Below, piece by piece: positions 25,695 to 38,197 of a stretch of DNA of 64,000 nt; the first letter of the stretch is position 1; each line of letters starts with the position of its first letter. The notes under the pieces are model-generated. The model did not search any database, was not told the DNA's origin, and saw only the letters and a list, made by a program, of their open reading frames with translations. This DNA is from Felis catus (lineage: Eukaryota): positions 45,694,001 to 45,758,000 of the forward strand of contig NC_058380.1 in NCBI RefSeq assembly GCF_018350175.1. Reading direction: 5' to 3'. The translations under genes were made by a program, and so were the position numbers.

Positions 25695-27758
25695 CAGAGC
25701 TAGAACAAATAATCCTAAAATGTGTATGGAACCAGAAAAGACCCCGAATAGCCAAAGCAATCTTGAAAAAGAAAACCAAAGCAGGAGGCATCACAATCCC
25801 AGACTTCAAGCTATACTACAAAGCTGTAATCATCCTGATAGTGTGGTTCTGGCACAAGAACAGACACTGGGATCAGTGGAACAGAAATGGACCCACAAAT
25901 GTATGGACAACTAATCTTTGACAAAGAAGGAAAGAATATCCAATGATATAAAGACAGTCTCTTAGCAAGTGGTGCTGGGAAAACTGGAGAGCAACATGCA
26001 GAAGAATGAACCTGGACCACTTTCTTACACCATACACAAAAATAAACTCAAAATGAATGAAAGACCTAAATGTAAGACAGGAAGCCATCAAAATCCTCGA
26101 GGAGAAAGCAGGCAAAAACCTCTGTAATCTTGGCAGCAGCAACTTCTTACTCAACACATCTCTGGAGGCAAGGGAAACAAAAGCAAAAATGAATTACTGG
26201 GACCTCATCAAAATAAAAGCTAGTGCACAGCGAAGGAAACAATCAGCAAAACTAAAAGGCAACTGACAGAATGGGAGAAGATACTTGCAAATGACATATC
26301 AGATAAAGGGTTAGTATCCAAAATCTATAAACAACTTATCAAACTCAATGCCCAAAAAACAAATAATCCAGTGAAGAAATGGGCAAAAGACTTGAATAGA
26401 CACTTCTCCAAGGAAGACATCCAGATGGCTAACCGACACATGAGAAAATGCTCAACATCACTCATCATCAGGGAAATACAAATCAAAACCACAATGAGAT
26501 ACCACCTCACACCCGTCAGAATGGCTAACATTAACAACTCAGGCAACAACAGATGTTGGCGAGGATGCAGAGAAAGAGGATCTCTTCTGCATTGTTGGTG
26601 GGAATGCAAGCTGGTGAAGCCACTCTGGAAAACAGCATGGAGGTTCGTCAAAAAACTAAAAATAGAACTACCCTACGACCCAGCAATTGCACGACTAGGG
26701 ATTTATGCAAGGGATACAGGTGTGCTGTTTCGAAGGGACACATGCACCCCCATGTTTATAGTAGCACTATCAACAGTAGCCANNNNNNNNNNNNNNNNNN
26801 NNNNNNNNNNNNNNNNNNNNNNNNNNNNNNNNNNNNNNNNNNNNNNNNNNNNNNNNNNNNNNNNNNNNNNNNNNNNNNNNNNNNNNNNNNNNNNNNNNNN
26901 NNNNNNNNNNNNNNNTGAAAAAGAATGAAATCTTGCCATTTGCAACTACGTGGATGGAACTGGAGGCTATTATGCTAAGTGAAATTAGTCAGAGAAAGAC
27001 AAAAATCGGGAGAGGACAAAACAGAAGAGATCCATAAATATGGGAACAAACTGAAGGTTACTGGGGGGGTTGTGGGAGGGGGGATGGGCGAAATGGGTAA
27101 GGGCACTAAGGAATCTACTCCTGAAATCATTGTTGCACTATATGCTTACTAATTTGGATGTAATTATTAAAAATTTAAATTTAAAAAATTTAAAAAAATA
27201 TCACCAGAAGATGTCTGAATATGAGTGAGCCTGAGGGAAGGAGCTCTGACCACTCTTATACTATTCATAGAACAGCCATTTCTGGCAGACAACTTTCAAG
27301 ATGCTGGTTCCCTGCAAAGACTTCCCTTGCGCTGTGAGATCTCTCTCCTTTGTGTTCCAGGTACTGACCCCAGAGGGGAAACTTGGGCTCTGCTCCTTCC
27401 CAGTCCTGCAGACACTGCCCTCTCCTGGAGTGTTCTCGGTGGGGGGAGGAGCTCCCCATGCACACCCCTGAGGGTGTTAAGGGAGCTGCACTGAAAGCTT
27501 GAGCTGCTTTGGCTGAGTGTGGACTCTACCCAGTATTGGATGTCCTACTAGCCCTGCAGGCAGCGACCATTTACTGCAGTCAGGTGGACTCTCATCTACT
27601 ATGATTCAGTCTAAAATTTGCAAACTTTATTTCATTTAATCCTTATAATTTCCTGTGTGACCACTACTAATATTGTCACCATTTTTTAAAGGAAGAAATG
27701 ACAATCTGGTGTCATTTATGTGCTGACGCCACAGATTTCTTTAAAAAATGGGGTTTTT

Positions 27759-27975
27759 GGGGCGCCTGGGTGGCGCAGTCGGTTAAGCGTCCGACTTCAG
27801 CCAGGTCACGATCTTGCGGTCCGTGAGTTCGAGTCCCGCGTCGGGCTCTGGGCTGACAGCTCAGAGCCTGGAGCCTGTTTCCGATTCTGTGTCTCCCTCT
27901 CTCTCTGCCCCTCCCCCGTTCATGCTCTGTCTCTCTCTGTCCCAAAAATAAATAAACGTTGGAAAAAAAAAACTA
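27759..27975 (+). mobile_element. CAN-SINE (young felid type)
   Basis: TSD AAAAATGGGGTTTT. Confidence 0.92.
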
Positions 27976-29394
27976 AAAAATGGGGTTTTCTACTGCCTTG
28001 TAGTCTCTCCTCTTCCCCCAACCTGAAGGGATAAGTAATTATGTAGGAGTCCTTTCTAGAACAACGAAGGAGATGCAGCAGACACTCTGACAGATTGGAA
28101 CAGCTGGAGCAGGTCCACTGGACTTAAAGTTTCTTGGAGAAATCATGTCTGATGATTGTTGATTCCATTTCAGCGATTGCATGAACTAGACACCAAAGTG
28201 AAAGATATTACAGAATCTTGGAATTTCACTTTCAACAACTAAGTGGTGAATACATCTTCTATCCGTGGGTGCTGCGGTGGGTGCCCGATACAATGAAATA
28301 GTAGACACACCGCCTGCTGTCACAGATCTTCCAGTCTGGTGGTTCTGGGTCATTGAGCTTTCAAGTAATGTCATTCTGTGGCCAGGACAGGGAAAGGACA
28401 GGACGCTGGGAGCACAAAGGAGCATGAAAGGGGCACAAACTCTACAAGCAGCATCTGCCAAGCTGGCATCCAAGGATCTGTAGGAGTTCGCCAAATAAAT
28501 GCATGATGGTCAATTCTGAACATGATCAGTGGAGATATTGTAGGAGCGCAGATAGAAATAAGAGTCTGGAGATGATGACTAATGCTGGTGATACGATTCT
28601 GGGCAAAGACACGCACCTGGAAGTCATATCTCAGAGATGACACTCGGAACTATTTGGGAGGTTGAGTCTGTATGTGCAGAGAGGAAGGAGTGTGGCACCC
28701 AGCATGGAATTTTGAGGAACACCCAGATGCCCCAAGATGAGAGAAAATAGTCAACAAAGGAAAGAGCGGAGCAGGAGCAGAAAGGCAGAAGACAGTAGAG
28801 ACACAGAAGCCACATGGAGGTCAGACTTGAAAGTGGAGGCGTGGCCAAAGGGCTCCGATGTTTGGAAATGGCAGCCAGGGCCGACTGACAGCAATCTCTG
28901 ACCTCAGTAAGATGCGGTTTAGTGTCAACCTGGGCCGAGCAGTTTCAGGAGAACAGGGAGGCTGAAGCCACGTTACAGTGAGGGCAGGACGACCTGACCG
29001 CGAAGTGGGAACAGACGCCGCAGAGAACTTCAAATAGTCTGGGTATGAACAGAATGACAGAAGCAAGATAATACCTACAGGTGGTTGTAGGGCTGGGATG
29101 AAGAAGATGAAAATGAGGCACAGCTGATGCTCACTTTTTTTACGTGGGAAGGAAAATACTGTCAGGAGAGAGGAGAGGTCACTGATAAAGTATAAACATC
29201 TTACTAGAGGCTTCTCTGCTGTGCGTCAAGGAAATCTGTCCAAAGCTAAGCCTTCTGGAACTGTCCCTCTGTTTGGGGTCACAGAGGTTTTGCACCCAGG
29301 GGAAGGGCACCATGGTGAGGCTTGGGATGAGGGAGAGCGAGGCTCTCTCATCAAGCGGGGGAAGGTGGAAAAGTGAGTAGGGCCTTTATCAGTA

Positions 29395-29482
29395 ACCCGA
29401 CTCTGGGCTCAAACTCATGAACTGTGAGATCACGACCCAAGTGAAAGTTGGGCACCCAACTGACTGAATCACCCGGGCACCC
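29395..29482 (-). mobile_element. CAN-SINE head fragment
   Basis: CTCAAACTCATGAACTGTGAGATCACGACC...CACCCGGGCACCC; near-identical copy at about 58585-58671. Confidence 0.7.
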
Positions 29483-29887
29483 TGGACTTAGGTTTTAAGA
29501 ATAAAGAGACTCAACAAGTTGTCTTTGATAAGAATTTATTAAGACAAAATGCATAGTTAATAAAATGAAAAGGTGAATACGTTTTATAAATTTTAACACA
29601 ATGTAAAGACAAAAACCTTTATAGGGAAATATAAATATAAATTAGTCACAAGAATGAATAAATAAATAAATAATAAACAATAAATAACATCAGGGCAATC
29701 ATCTCTTAAGGGCTGATGATCCTGAAGCCGGATTTTTTTCTTTTTAAATATTCTTGCTTAATACTACTCACAAAATATTTGTGGAATTAAAGTCAATAAA
29801 TTTTGTGATGAAGGCTGCAGTGACAGTCTCTTGAGGTGAGCAGACATAGTGCAGGGTGATGTGGCACGTCAGGCAGTGAGAATCACT

Positions 29888-30478
29888 TCAAGGTGACCCC
29901 AGGTCTCCATCCTTGATAGCCAAGCTGTCTTGCAAGGTCGCCGAGGAGGACAAGGCTCTCATGATTTCCAGCCTGACAATTTCCCAGGCGCAGTCACTGT
30001 ATCCCTCGTCCTCCAGGTAGACGCGGATGTCCTGGAAGTACCTCTTGATGGCCAGGGCAGGGCCGTGCATCCCCGGGGCGCGCTCTCCCTCGCCCGTGGC
30101 CTGCAGCCAGCAGGCGTCCAGGGCTTCCAGCTGCCGGTGGAGGCCAGAGCGGAGTCCGTGCAGCGGCGCGGGGCTCCAGGCCGCCGAGGAGCGCTCCGTG
30201 TGCAACAGGTTGAAGGTCTGCTGGAGCAGCTCCCGCAGGACGGCGGCGGCGGCCTGGGCCTCCCGGAGCTGGCCGCCCTCCAGCATCTCCCGGGGGAAGC
30301 GGAAGTCTTTTCTGGCCCGCAGGCACAAGAAAGGGGACAGTCTCCGCATCTGGCCCAGGAGCACCAAGTTGTCCCTGCTAACCTGCGCGTGGCTCCCAGG
30401 CAGGGCACAGCCCAGAGAGCCTCCAGGGCGGCAGGTGAGCAGCGCCAGGGCGGTCAGCAGAGGGCGCAGGAGAGCCAT
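29888..30478 (-). CDS. IFNW: Interferon omega (felid type), 196 aa
   Basis: Intact ORF; differs from the 7070 copy at DACWL vs DACLL and GPALA vs GPVLA. Confidence 0.95.
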   Translation of the reverse strand: MALLRPLLTALALLTCRPGGSLGCALPGSHAQVSRDNLVLLGQMRRLSPFLCLRARKDFRFPREMLEGGQLREAQAAAAVLRELLQQTFNLLHTERSSAAWSPAPLHGLRSGLHRQLEALDACWLQATGEGERAPGMHGPALAIKRYFQDIRVYLEDEGYSDCAWEIVRLEIMRALSSSATLQDSLAIKDGDLGSP

Positions 30479-30569
30479 GGGGAAGCCGAGGTGGCTGCTG
30501 GCTGGGCTGAGCTGGGCGGCTGGGGGACCTCAGGGCCGAGGTTCTCTGAGGGCCAACTCGAAGCATGGC

Positions 30570-30655
30570 TCTTAAATAGGGAACGCGGACAATTTCATTT
30601 TCTGAACATCCTCTCCACTTCTACTTCCTTTTTTTGTTTTCATTTATGCATTCTC
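30570..30655 (-). promoter_or_regulatory. IFNW promoter (TATA + IRF-type elements)
   Basis: TATTTAA at 30572-30578; essentially identical to 7750-7835. Confidence 0.75.
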
Positions 30656-32705
30656 CTTATTGTGTAAGAAGATGTCATCAATCTAAAATACTACGTTGGC
30701 AATGGAAGCTTTATTTCCCAATAAACTTCTGATATGTCCATCCCAATGGACACTTATCAACCAAACGAGAAACGTCTTTGTCCTAAAGACTGGAGTGATG
30801 TAGGCATGTAGGTACTCATACACACACCTGCTCACATATATGTTTCCATATATGAACATTGCTCTTTGTGTTAGAAAGAAACTTTGGCCTTGATCGTGGA
30901 CTAGGTTTTTACCCTCTTTACTTCATACAGAGACAGGCTCCTTCACTCCTATGGGTTTTTGTATCTTGCTAGGTTCTGACCAGACCACGTACGGTAAATA
31001 AGCTCTTTAGAACCAGGACTGGGTTTTAATCACTGTTGTACTCACATTAGAGGCTTGTGGTGATAAGTGAATGAGTTTCTTGGATGTTTCTCTTCATTCT
31101 AGAAATAACTGATGCAGGTCCATGCAGTTATGCTTCATGGAGCCTCAGGGTCAAGACTAATAATACAGACACTATCCTTCTGCCATTTTGTAACCCGTCT
31201 ACAGTGCTCCTCAGGCTGTGTCAGTGTCCCCAGCAGGAAGCCCGCTTCTGGTCTGGGACGTGTAGCTGTGAAGATGCTAATCCCAGGTCATTTTATTTTC
31301 TCAGCAACCCCTCACTCGCAAGGTTGTTATCACCTCTACTAACATGTTCCTCTGGAGTGACTGAGTGTCCTCAACCCAGTCTCTCCTGGACTCACTCCCT
31401 GAGGGCAGGCTCACCTTGTCCTGAGGACATTAGAATTCCTCTGCTGTGGAGGGGCTGGTTTCTTTGTTAGCAAAACAGCTATTACCCCTAGATCCTTGCC
31501 CTTGTCCCTGGAGTGTTTTTGTGAGGGACCCTAGCTCTCAGCGCTGACCTCCTCCTCCCCTGAGCAGGTATCAAAGTGTCAACAGCCCTCAGATGCTTAG
31601 GGCAAAATTTGTCTCAACTTTTGAGACAAAAGTAGGGGAATAGCCCAACTGTAATCATTTCACCTTCAGTGAGCAAATACTTGTCATTTTGCCACCACAG
31701 CTTTTACTGTTCAATCTTTTACTTCAACTATTGAGCACTAGTTAGACTCAACATTTCTGAGCTGGGCTCGGGGGACTCACTGATGATGCCTCTCAGTGGA
31801 AGCTTCCAGCACAGAAACTAGCAACTCTCCATTGTTCATTCAGTCTGGGTATTTCTCTTTGGCTTCTTAGTCTGTTCATCTGTCTGAGGGTCAGAATGCA
31901 GGGGGTGAGGCCCCGGCTATTGTGTCGGGGAGAAACAGCCTTCTCTCCTTTACTTACTCGTGTTATTTCATTTTAAATTTAAAAAACAACAACAAAAAGA
32001 ATTTTGATGACTTAGTTTTTACGCAGTGGTTTACTGGACATGGTCTGTCTTGCTCTTCCTGCATCATGTTTTATATCATCCGCAGGTTAATACAAAGGCA
32101 AGTAAAAGAATGAGGGGCTGCACCACTTTTCTCTGTATTTCCAAGATATCAGGTTTTTGGTTTTTTGTTTCCCATTTCAACTCTCCTAGAAAGCAAAACA
32201 CAACAATTGTGTTGGGCAAAAGAAAATATAGGTCTGAATGTCGTGAAAACGAAAAAAGGGAAGTGACTTGTCTGCTGGCAAAAAAAGCAAAGGGCTGGTT
32301 AACACAATCGGTGCAGCAAACTGGGGGCCCGGAGCTCTGGCAGAGGGAAGAGTGAAGGCCACACTGAATTCCCCCAAATCAGGAAAATAGCTGCTTTGGC
32401 CTGAGGCTCAAAGGAGAGAGCTGGCGGATGGTGATCACTCCCTTCGCCCACCCGTGCCTCCCACCCTGAGACTCGGTTCTCCAACACTTTCGAGTGTTTA
32501 ACACTTAATACCTCTGGGATTGAAACCGAATATGGCTATAGAGAGTTTCAGGGCAATACTCAGTCCTTGTCATAGACAGCGTTAGAATCTGTTGTTGCCA
32601 GCTGGTAGCTTTTTGCAGCTTGAGGGGACATCCTCAAGAAGTGGCGGGATTTCTGCAGGGATCCCAAGCCAGCCCTCCAGTCTTGGTCGCTGCCCTTGCT
32701 GCACG

Positions 32706-32724
32706 TGGCCACCAGGGGGTGGTC
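32706..32724 (+). promoter_or_regulatory. Candidate CTCF site (paralog of 10216)
   Basis: Identical TGGCCACCAGGGGGTGGTC. Confidence 0.45.
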
Positions 32725-33128
32725 TCCTCTGAGAGGAGCTTCGTTAGCCCACCCTTGAACCGGATCCTCCTTTCTGTCTTTTTCGCCACAAGTGCTATTA
32801 CATCACATTTGACGGTAGTAAATAAAAAGGCTTTCTTGAAGATGTTTCTGCAAAACTTAGGGATTTCATCTGAGTTTTAGTTTCTACTTGTGACATGCTG
32901 CTCTTCAGGGAAACGTTTAAGCTTAGACCACAACAGACCAGAAAGCTGCTGTGTGAAGAGGCTGACAGTTGAAGGGAGTGAGTGACAGGGTGTGTGGGGA
33001 CTTCCTTCTGGGACAGGGAGGAAACTAGAAACTATTAGGACAGGGGAATGTGTCCTGGACTGCTGAGGGGAGAGGTGCAGGTGCCACAATATTAAAGAAA
33101 CATCATGTTTTTCTGTACTTCCATCTAA

Positions 33129-33361
33129 GTTTTTTTAAAATTTTTTTTTTTAATTTCTGAGAGAGAGACAGAGCACGAGTAGGGAAGGGCCAGAGAGAGA
33201 GGGAGACACAGAATCTGAAACAAGCTCCAGAGAATCCGAAGCAGGCTCCAGGCTCCGAGCTGTCAGCACAGAGCTGGATGTGGGGCTCGAACTCACGAAC
33301 TGCGAGATCATGACCAGAGCCAAAGTCAGAGGCTCAATTGACTGAGCCACCCAGGTGCCCC
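33129..33361 (-). mobile_element. CAN-SINE
   Basis: Reverse body with a short internal duplication; TSD TACxTCCATCTA. Confidence 0.88.
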
Positions 33362-33892
33362 TGTACATCCATCTAGATACTTATTCTCAACTCTCAGATA
33401 TTAATACAAGCCACTATTTCCTAATTGAATATAAATAAGACACTTGTTTGAAATAAGGAGTGAATCAGTCAGCCTTCTCCAGAATTCACCACAAAATGCT
33501 GTTTTCTTATGCTGCCTCCTTTGAAGGTCAGTTAGTGAAAGGTAGGACACACAGTTGCTAAGAATTTTGTTGAAAGAGACAAACACTATTCTCACATATA
33601 GCCGTCTGAAGAAAAATAAGAAAATATGCACCATACTTTTGGTCGTTACTCTACGGAAGATGCGTTGCTTGGTGCCATTCAGGTGCATGACTTTAGTTAG
33701 TACTCACAATATTCTGTTATAATTCTTAGCTCTGTTTCTGTTCCTGAATTATACACAACTCACATTTGCTCTATGGATTTCCATTATTCATGTTGTGGTT
33801 ACAGCTGATTTTAAACAATTTTTTGTTGCCTTAAATATGAAGACGATGCCTAACCCAGCTTCGCACTCTCATGTGAAGGAAGTCTGCTCGTC

Positions 33893-34099
33893 TTTTTTTT
33901 TTTTTAAGTTTACTTATTTATTTTGAGAGAGAGAGAATATGAGCACGGGTGGGGGAGGGGCAGAGAGAAGAGAGAGAATCTCAGGCAGGCTCTCTGCGGT
34001 CAGCCTGGAGCCCGACACCTGGCCCATCTAAGGAGTCTTGAGTTCATGACTTCAGCTGAAAACAAAAGTTGGACACTTAATTGAGCACCCGGGTGCCCC
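33893..34099 (-). mobile_element. CAN-SINE shared with paralog at 11151
   Basis: Same insertion site as 11151-11363. Confidence 0.82.
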
Positions 34100-35755
34100 A
34101 AAAGACTGTCAGTCTTTATGTAATAATTGTGTTATTTGGGGACCCACCAAAGATGGTGATATTCAAAAAATTAGCAGAAATTACCAGTGAGTAACGTGAA
34201 AGAATTCCTATCGTGTCAAACTCCCCTAGAAACTGAAACGTACTATAAGGCTGCTGCAGCAAGCCAGTGTCATAACAATCAGTGAAGTAACTTAATTAAT
34301 AAAACCAGTAATTCTAGGGAGTATTATTTTCTCAGTGGTAATAGATATTTTGGTGAAGGATTGAATTAATTATCTATTCCCAGTCGGTTCTTAAAGATGA
34401 GCAGCTTGCTGATGTACAAAGTAATAATAATCAAGACAGGATAAAAATTGTAACGAATTAAATGAGCTGTGATTCAAAATAAATATAATACTAGACACAT
34501 TAGTATGATTTGCCAGCACATCAATTCCATGAAATCACTGAGAAATAGATATATGGCATAAAAGGCAGAACAATGCACAGAAAAACTGCCCCACGTTATT
34601 TTCCAGACCCCACGCTGTATTCTTTTTCACTTCGGAGACGCTAACTTCTCTTATTGAGGTTTTCAGCAATTCCAGTGTGGTTTCCTGCTTAGTAATTCCA
34701 TGAAACGAACTCTCATGAAGTTCACGATGGTATCCATTTTTCTGTCGTAGCAGGCAGTTAGACCCACATCTTCCATGAATCCACTGGCATTCTTCTAAGC
34801 ACGTGTATTTCCTGAAATACACTCAGCATCCTCTCTTGTTATCCTTCTACTGAATGGTCAGTATACCTGTGTATCCTTCGTGGTTCTTCTCTCCCCTGCT
34901 GTGCCTTAGCATCAAGTGTAACTCTTTCGGTCACACTACACTGTCGTGCCCCATGACCGCCTCTGTTTCTGGCTTCCTGTTGCCATGTATGGACCTGTTC
35001 TATGGCATTTTTTAAAAAATCTAAGCTCGCCTATCCACTGAAAATGGGCATTGGCACTTCCACGTGTATCAGTCAATGTAGAGGAGACTGACAGCTTTTA
35101 TTTTTATTTCCTGACATTCTTCATTCTGCCATCAGTTGAGAGAATTCACTTCTCTCCCTGCTTCACTGTAATATTAAGTATGACGATGGCTTTTAGGTTT
35201 CTATCCCTACAAAAATCAAAGGTAAAGACAGCAGGAACTGTATTTGTTATATCCTGTGTCGTAAGATCAATGAACCACTTGTCTTAGAGGAAGACAGTTG
35301 TTACCTCTGATTTTAATAGAATCTGATGGGTAAATGAATCCTCTCATCGGTTTTCCATCAAGTTGCACCATTAGACCTGATGTTACTCTTTATAAACACT
35401 TCCCACAGTAAAAGTGAAATAAAAAAAACAATACACTGCTTAAATATAAAGAATATATTTTATTATATTACCAAAACATAAGGGTACACATCATATTACT
35501 TGAAAAAATTTAAATCTCATAAATATTTAAATAAATAAATAAATACTTAAATAGATAAAAGGATATCAGCACGGTCATCGGTAAGTGGCTTGTGCTCGTA
35601 GAGGTGACATGATGTTGCTTATTACTCCTAAAACATTTGACAAGTTATTTCGTTTCATGTCACGACTACAGCAGAAATGAGTCCTTGACATGACAGAACA
35701 GGTGGAAAGTGTGGCGTGATGAGTCAGTGAGAATCATTTCCATGTTGAACAGGTC

Positions 35756-36340
35756 TCATTTCTCGCTCCTTAATCTTTTCTGCATGGCTATTGATGAATA
35801 ATACAAGGATCTCATGATTTCTGCTCTGACGATCTCCCAGGCACAAGGGCTGTATTTCTTCTCTTGCAGGTAGAGGGAGAGTCTTTGGAAGTAGTTCCTC
35901 AGGATGGAGTCCTCGGGATGAATGTCCTCGTTCGTCAGGGGAGCCTCTCCCTCCTCCACCTCCTGCAGGACACAGGCTTCCAGGCGGGTCAGCTGCCGAT
36001 CAAGTCCCGTGCAGAATTCCTCCAGGAGGGTGGTGTTCCAAGCAGCAGACGAGGACGCCTCTGTGCAGAAGAAGTGGAAGATCTTCTGGTTCGTCACGTG
36101 CACCACCGAGAGGGCTTGGGCCTTGTGGGACTGGTCTCCACCGAACACGTCCTGGGGGAAGGCGAAGTCATTTCTGTCCTTCTGACAGGAGCTGGCAGGG
36201 AGTCTCCTCATTTGTCCCAGGAGCGTCAAGGCCCTCCTGTTCAGCAGGCCGTGGGTCTGAGGCAGGTCACAGCCCAGAGAGCAGACGGAGTTGCAGCCCA
36301 GAGCCACCAGGGCCACCAAGAAGGAAGAGGGCAGCGCCAT
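35756..36340 (-). CDS. IFNA: Interferon alpha (felid), 194 aa, IHPED-insertion type
   Basis: Intact ORF with [11 protein letters not shown] insertion and YYSSIAMQ C-terminus; otherwise nearly identical to the 13028 copy. Confidence 0.96.
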   Translation of the reverse strand: MALPSSFLVALVALGCNSVCSLGCDLPQTHGLLNRRALTLLGQMRRLPASSCQKDRNDFAFPQDVFGGDQSHKAQALSVVHVTNQKIFHFFCTEASSSAAWNTTLLEEFCTGLDRQLTRLEACVLQEVEEGEAPLTNEDIHPEDSILRNYFQRLSLYLQEKKYSPCAWEIVRAEIMRSLYYSSIAMQKRLRSEK

Positions 36341-36433
36341 TGGGGATCTTGCGGATGCTGTTGGCCTGGCTGGGGTGGGCGACTCTGTGACCCGTGGCTC
36401 CAGGTTCTCTGAACATCTTCCCTTGTGCGTGTG

Positions 36434-36525
36434 GCTTAAGTAGGGAACATAGCAGTTTTCACTTTCTGAACGTTGTCCTTACTTTCTACTTCTGTTTTTG
36501 CTTTCCTTTATGCACCTTCTACTTG
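36434..36525 (-). promoter_or_regulatory. IFNA promoter / virus-responsive element
   Basis: TACTTAA box; canonical GAAAGTGAAAA at 36456-36466; GGAAAGCAAAAACAGAAGTAGAAAGT upstream. Confidence 0.78.
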
Positions 36526-36810
36526 GGTTTAGAGCATGGGTTCCACAACCATTTTTTTTTTCATCATTACCTCTTGCCTCCAGAGTTTTTGTACATATTT
36601 ATCTAACTGAAACTTCTAAGAAAATTTAATAACACAGATACACATTATGTGTAATTATGTACTGTATATTTAACTGTACTTTATACATGAAAAATCATAA
36701 AAAAGGAAATATAAAGTTTACTCTATTTATCCAATGCAGGGTTAAGAATTACTAAAAATTTTTAAAAGTTAAAATTTAAAGCCATTGATGCTTAAGTATG
36801 GACCTAATTT

Positions 36811-38197
36811 TGATTTTTTTAATGTTTGCGTATTTAGTTATTTATATTTTTAATATGAAATTTATTGTCAAATTGGTTTCCATACAACACCCAGTGCTCA
36901 TCCCAATTGGTGCCCTCCTCGATACCCATCACCCACCCTTCCCTCCCTCCCACCCCCCATCAACCCACTGTTTATTCTCAGTTTTTAAGAGTCTCTTATG
37001 GTTTGCCTCTCTCCCTCTCTAACTTTTTTTTCCCCCTCCCCCTCCCCCATGGTCTTCTGTTAAGTTTCTCATGATCCACATAAGAGTGAAAACACATGAT
37101 ATCTGTCTTTCTCTGTATGACTTATTTCACTTAGCATAACACTCTCCAGTTCCATCCACGTTGCTACAAAAGGCTATATTTCATTCTTTCTCATTGCCAA
37201 GTAGTATTCCATTGTGTATATAAACCAAAACTTTATCCATTCATCAGTTGATGGACATTTAGGCTCTTTCCATAATCTGGCTATTGTTGAAAGTGCTGCT
37301 ATAAACATTGGGGTACAAGTGCCCCTACGCATCAGCACTCCTGTATCCCTTGGGNNNNNNNNNNNNNNNNNNNNNNNNNNNNNNNNNNNNNNNNNNNNNN
37401 NNNNNNNNNNNNNNNNNNNNNNNNNNNNNNNNNNNNNNNNNNNNNNNNNNNNNNNNNNNNNNNNNNNNNNNNNNNNNNNNNNNNNNNNNNNNNNNNNNNN
37501 NNNNNNNNNNNNNNNNNNNNNNNNNTTCATTTTAGCCACTCTGCTGGCGTGAGGTAATATCTCAGTGTGGTTTTGATTTGTATTTCCCTGATGAGGAGCG
37601 ACGCTGAGCATCTTTTCATGTGCCTGTTGGTCATCAGGATGTCTTCCTTAGAGAAGTGTCTATTCATGTTTCTGCCCATTTCTTCACTGGATTATTTGTT
37701 TTTTGGGTGTGGAGTTTGGTGAGTTCGTTATAGATTTTGGATACTAGCCCTTTGTCCGATATGTCATTTGCAAAAATCTTTTCCCATCCTTGGTTGCCTT
37801 TTAGTTTTGGTGATTGTTTCCTTTGCAGTGCTGAAGCTTTTTCTCTTCATGAGGTCCCAATAGTTCATTTTTTGCTTTTAATTCTCTTGCCTTTGGGGAT
37901 GTGTCAAGTAAGAAGTTGCTGTGGCTGAGGTCAGAGAGGTTTTTTCCCTGCTTTCTCCTCTAGGGTTTTGATAGTTTCCTGTCTCACATTCAGGTCCTTT
38001 ATCCATTTTGAGTTTATTTTTGTGAATGGTGTGAGAAAGTGGTCTAGTTTCAACCTTCTGCATGTTGCTGTCCAGTTCTCCCAGCACCATTTGTTAAAGA
38101 GACTGTCTTTTTTCCATCGGATATTCTTTCCTGCTTTGTCAAAGATTAGCTGGCCATACATTTGTGGGTCCAATTCTGGAGTCTCTATTCTATTCCA
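36811..38197 (-). mobile_element. 5'-truncated LINE-1 (ORF2 C-terminus + 3'UTR), antisense
   Basis: ORF2-like peptides [29 protein letters not shown] and CTPMFIAALSTIARLWKEPKCPS; approximate TSD GACCTAA(A)TTT at about 36801 and 38198; one N gap. Confidence 0.9.

Larger units (their letters stand above)
20004..27198 (+). mobile_element. Full-length felid LINE-1, inactivated
   Basis: GGGGGAGGAGTCAGGATGGCGG 5' end; GC-rich 5'UTR followed by AT-rich repeats; ORF1 from 22169 (ATG ACA CAA TGA, early stop); broken ORF2 endonuclease (IVGDFNTPL, RIDHIL) and RT ([21 protein letters not shown]) fragments; A-rich tail; TSD AAAAATATCAC at 19989-19999 and 27194-27204; contains two N gaps. Confidence 0.95.
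28155..30600. repeat. Near-identical segmental paralog of about 57345-59790 (IFNW plus 3' flank)
   Basis: Line-by-line near identity by eye; the ORF track shows identical spurious ORFs in both. Confidence 0.9.

Noticed and set aside
23275-26928. Active L1 ORF2
   Set aside because: Multiple stops and frameshifts split ORF2, and ORF1 stops at codon 4.
28186-29066. ORFs conserved between 28 kb and 57-58 kb
   Set aside because: Identity comes from the duplicated/converted block; the sequence looks like degraded old repeat with no recognisable protein motif.
29930-30667. Long antisense and alternate-frame ORFs over IFNW and IFNA genes (174-246 aa)
   Set aside because: Expected shadows of GC-rich coding sequence; their recurrence only reflects paralog identity.
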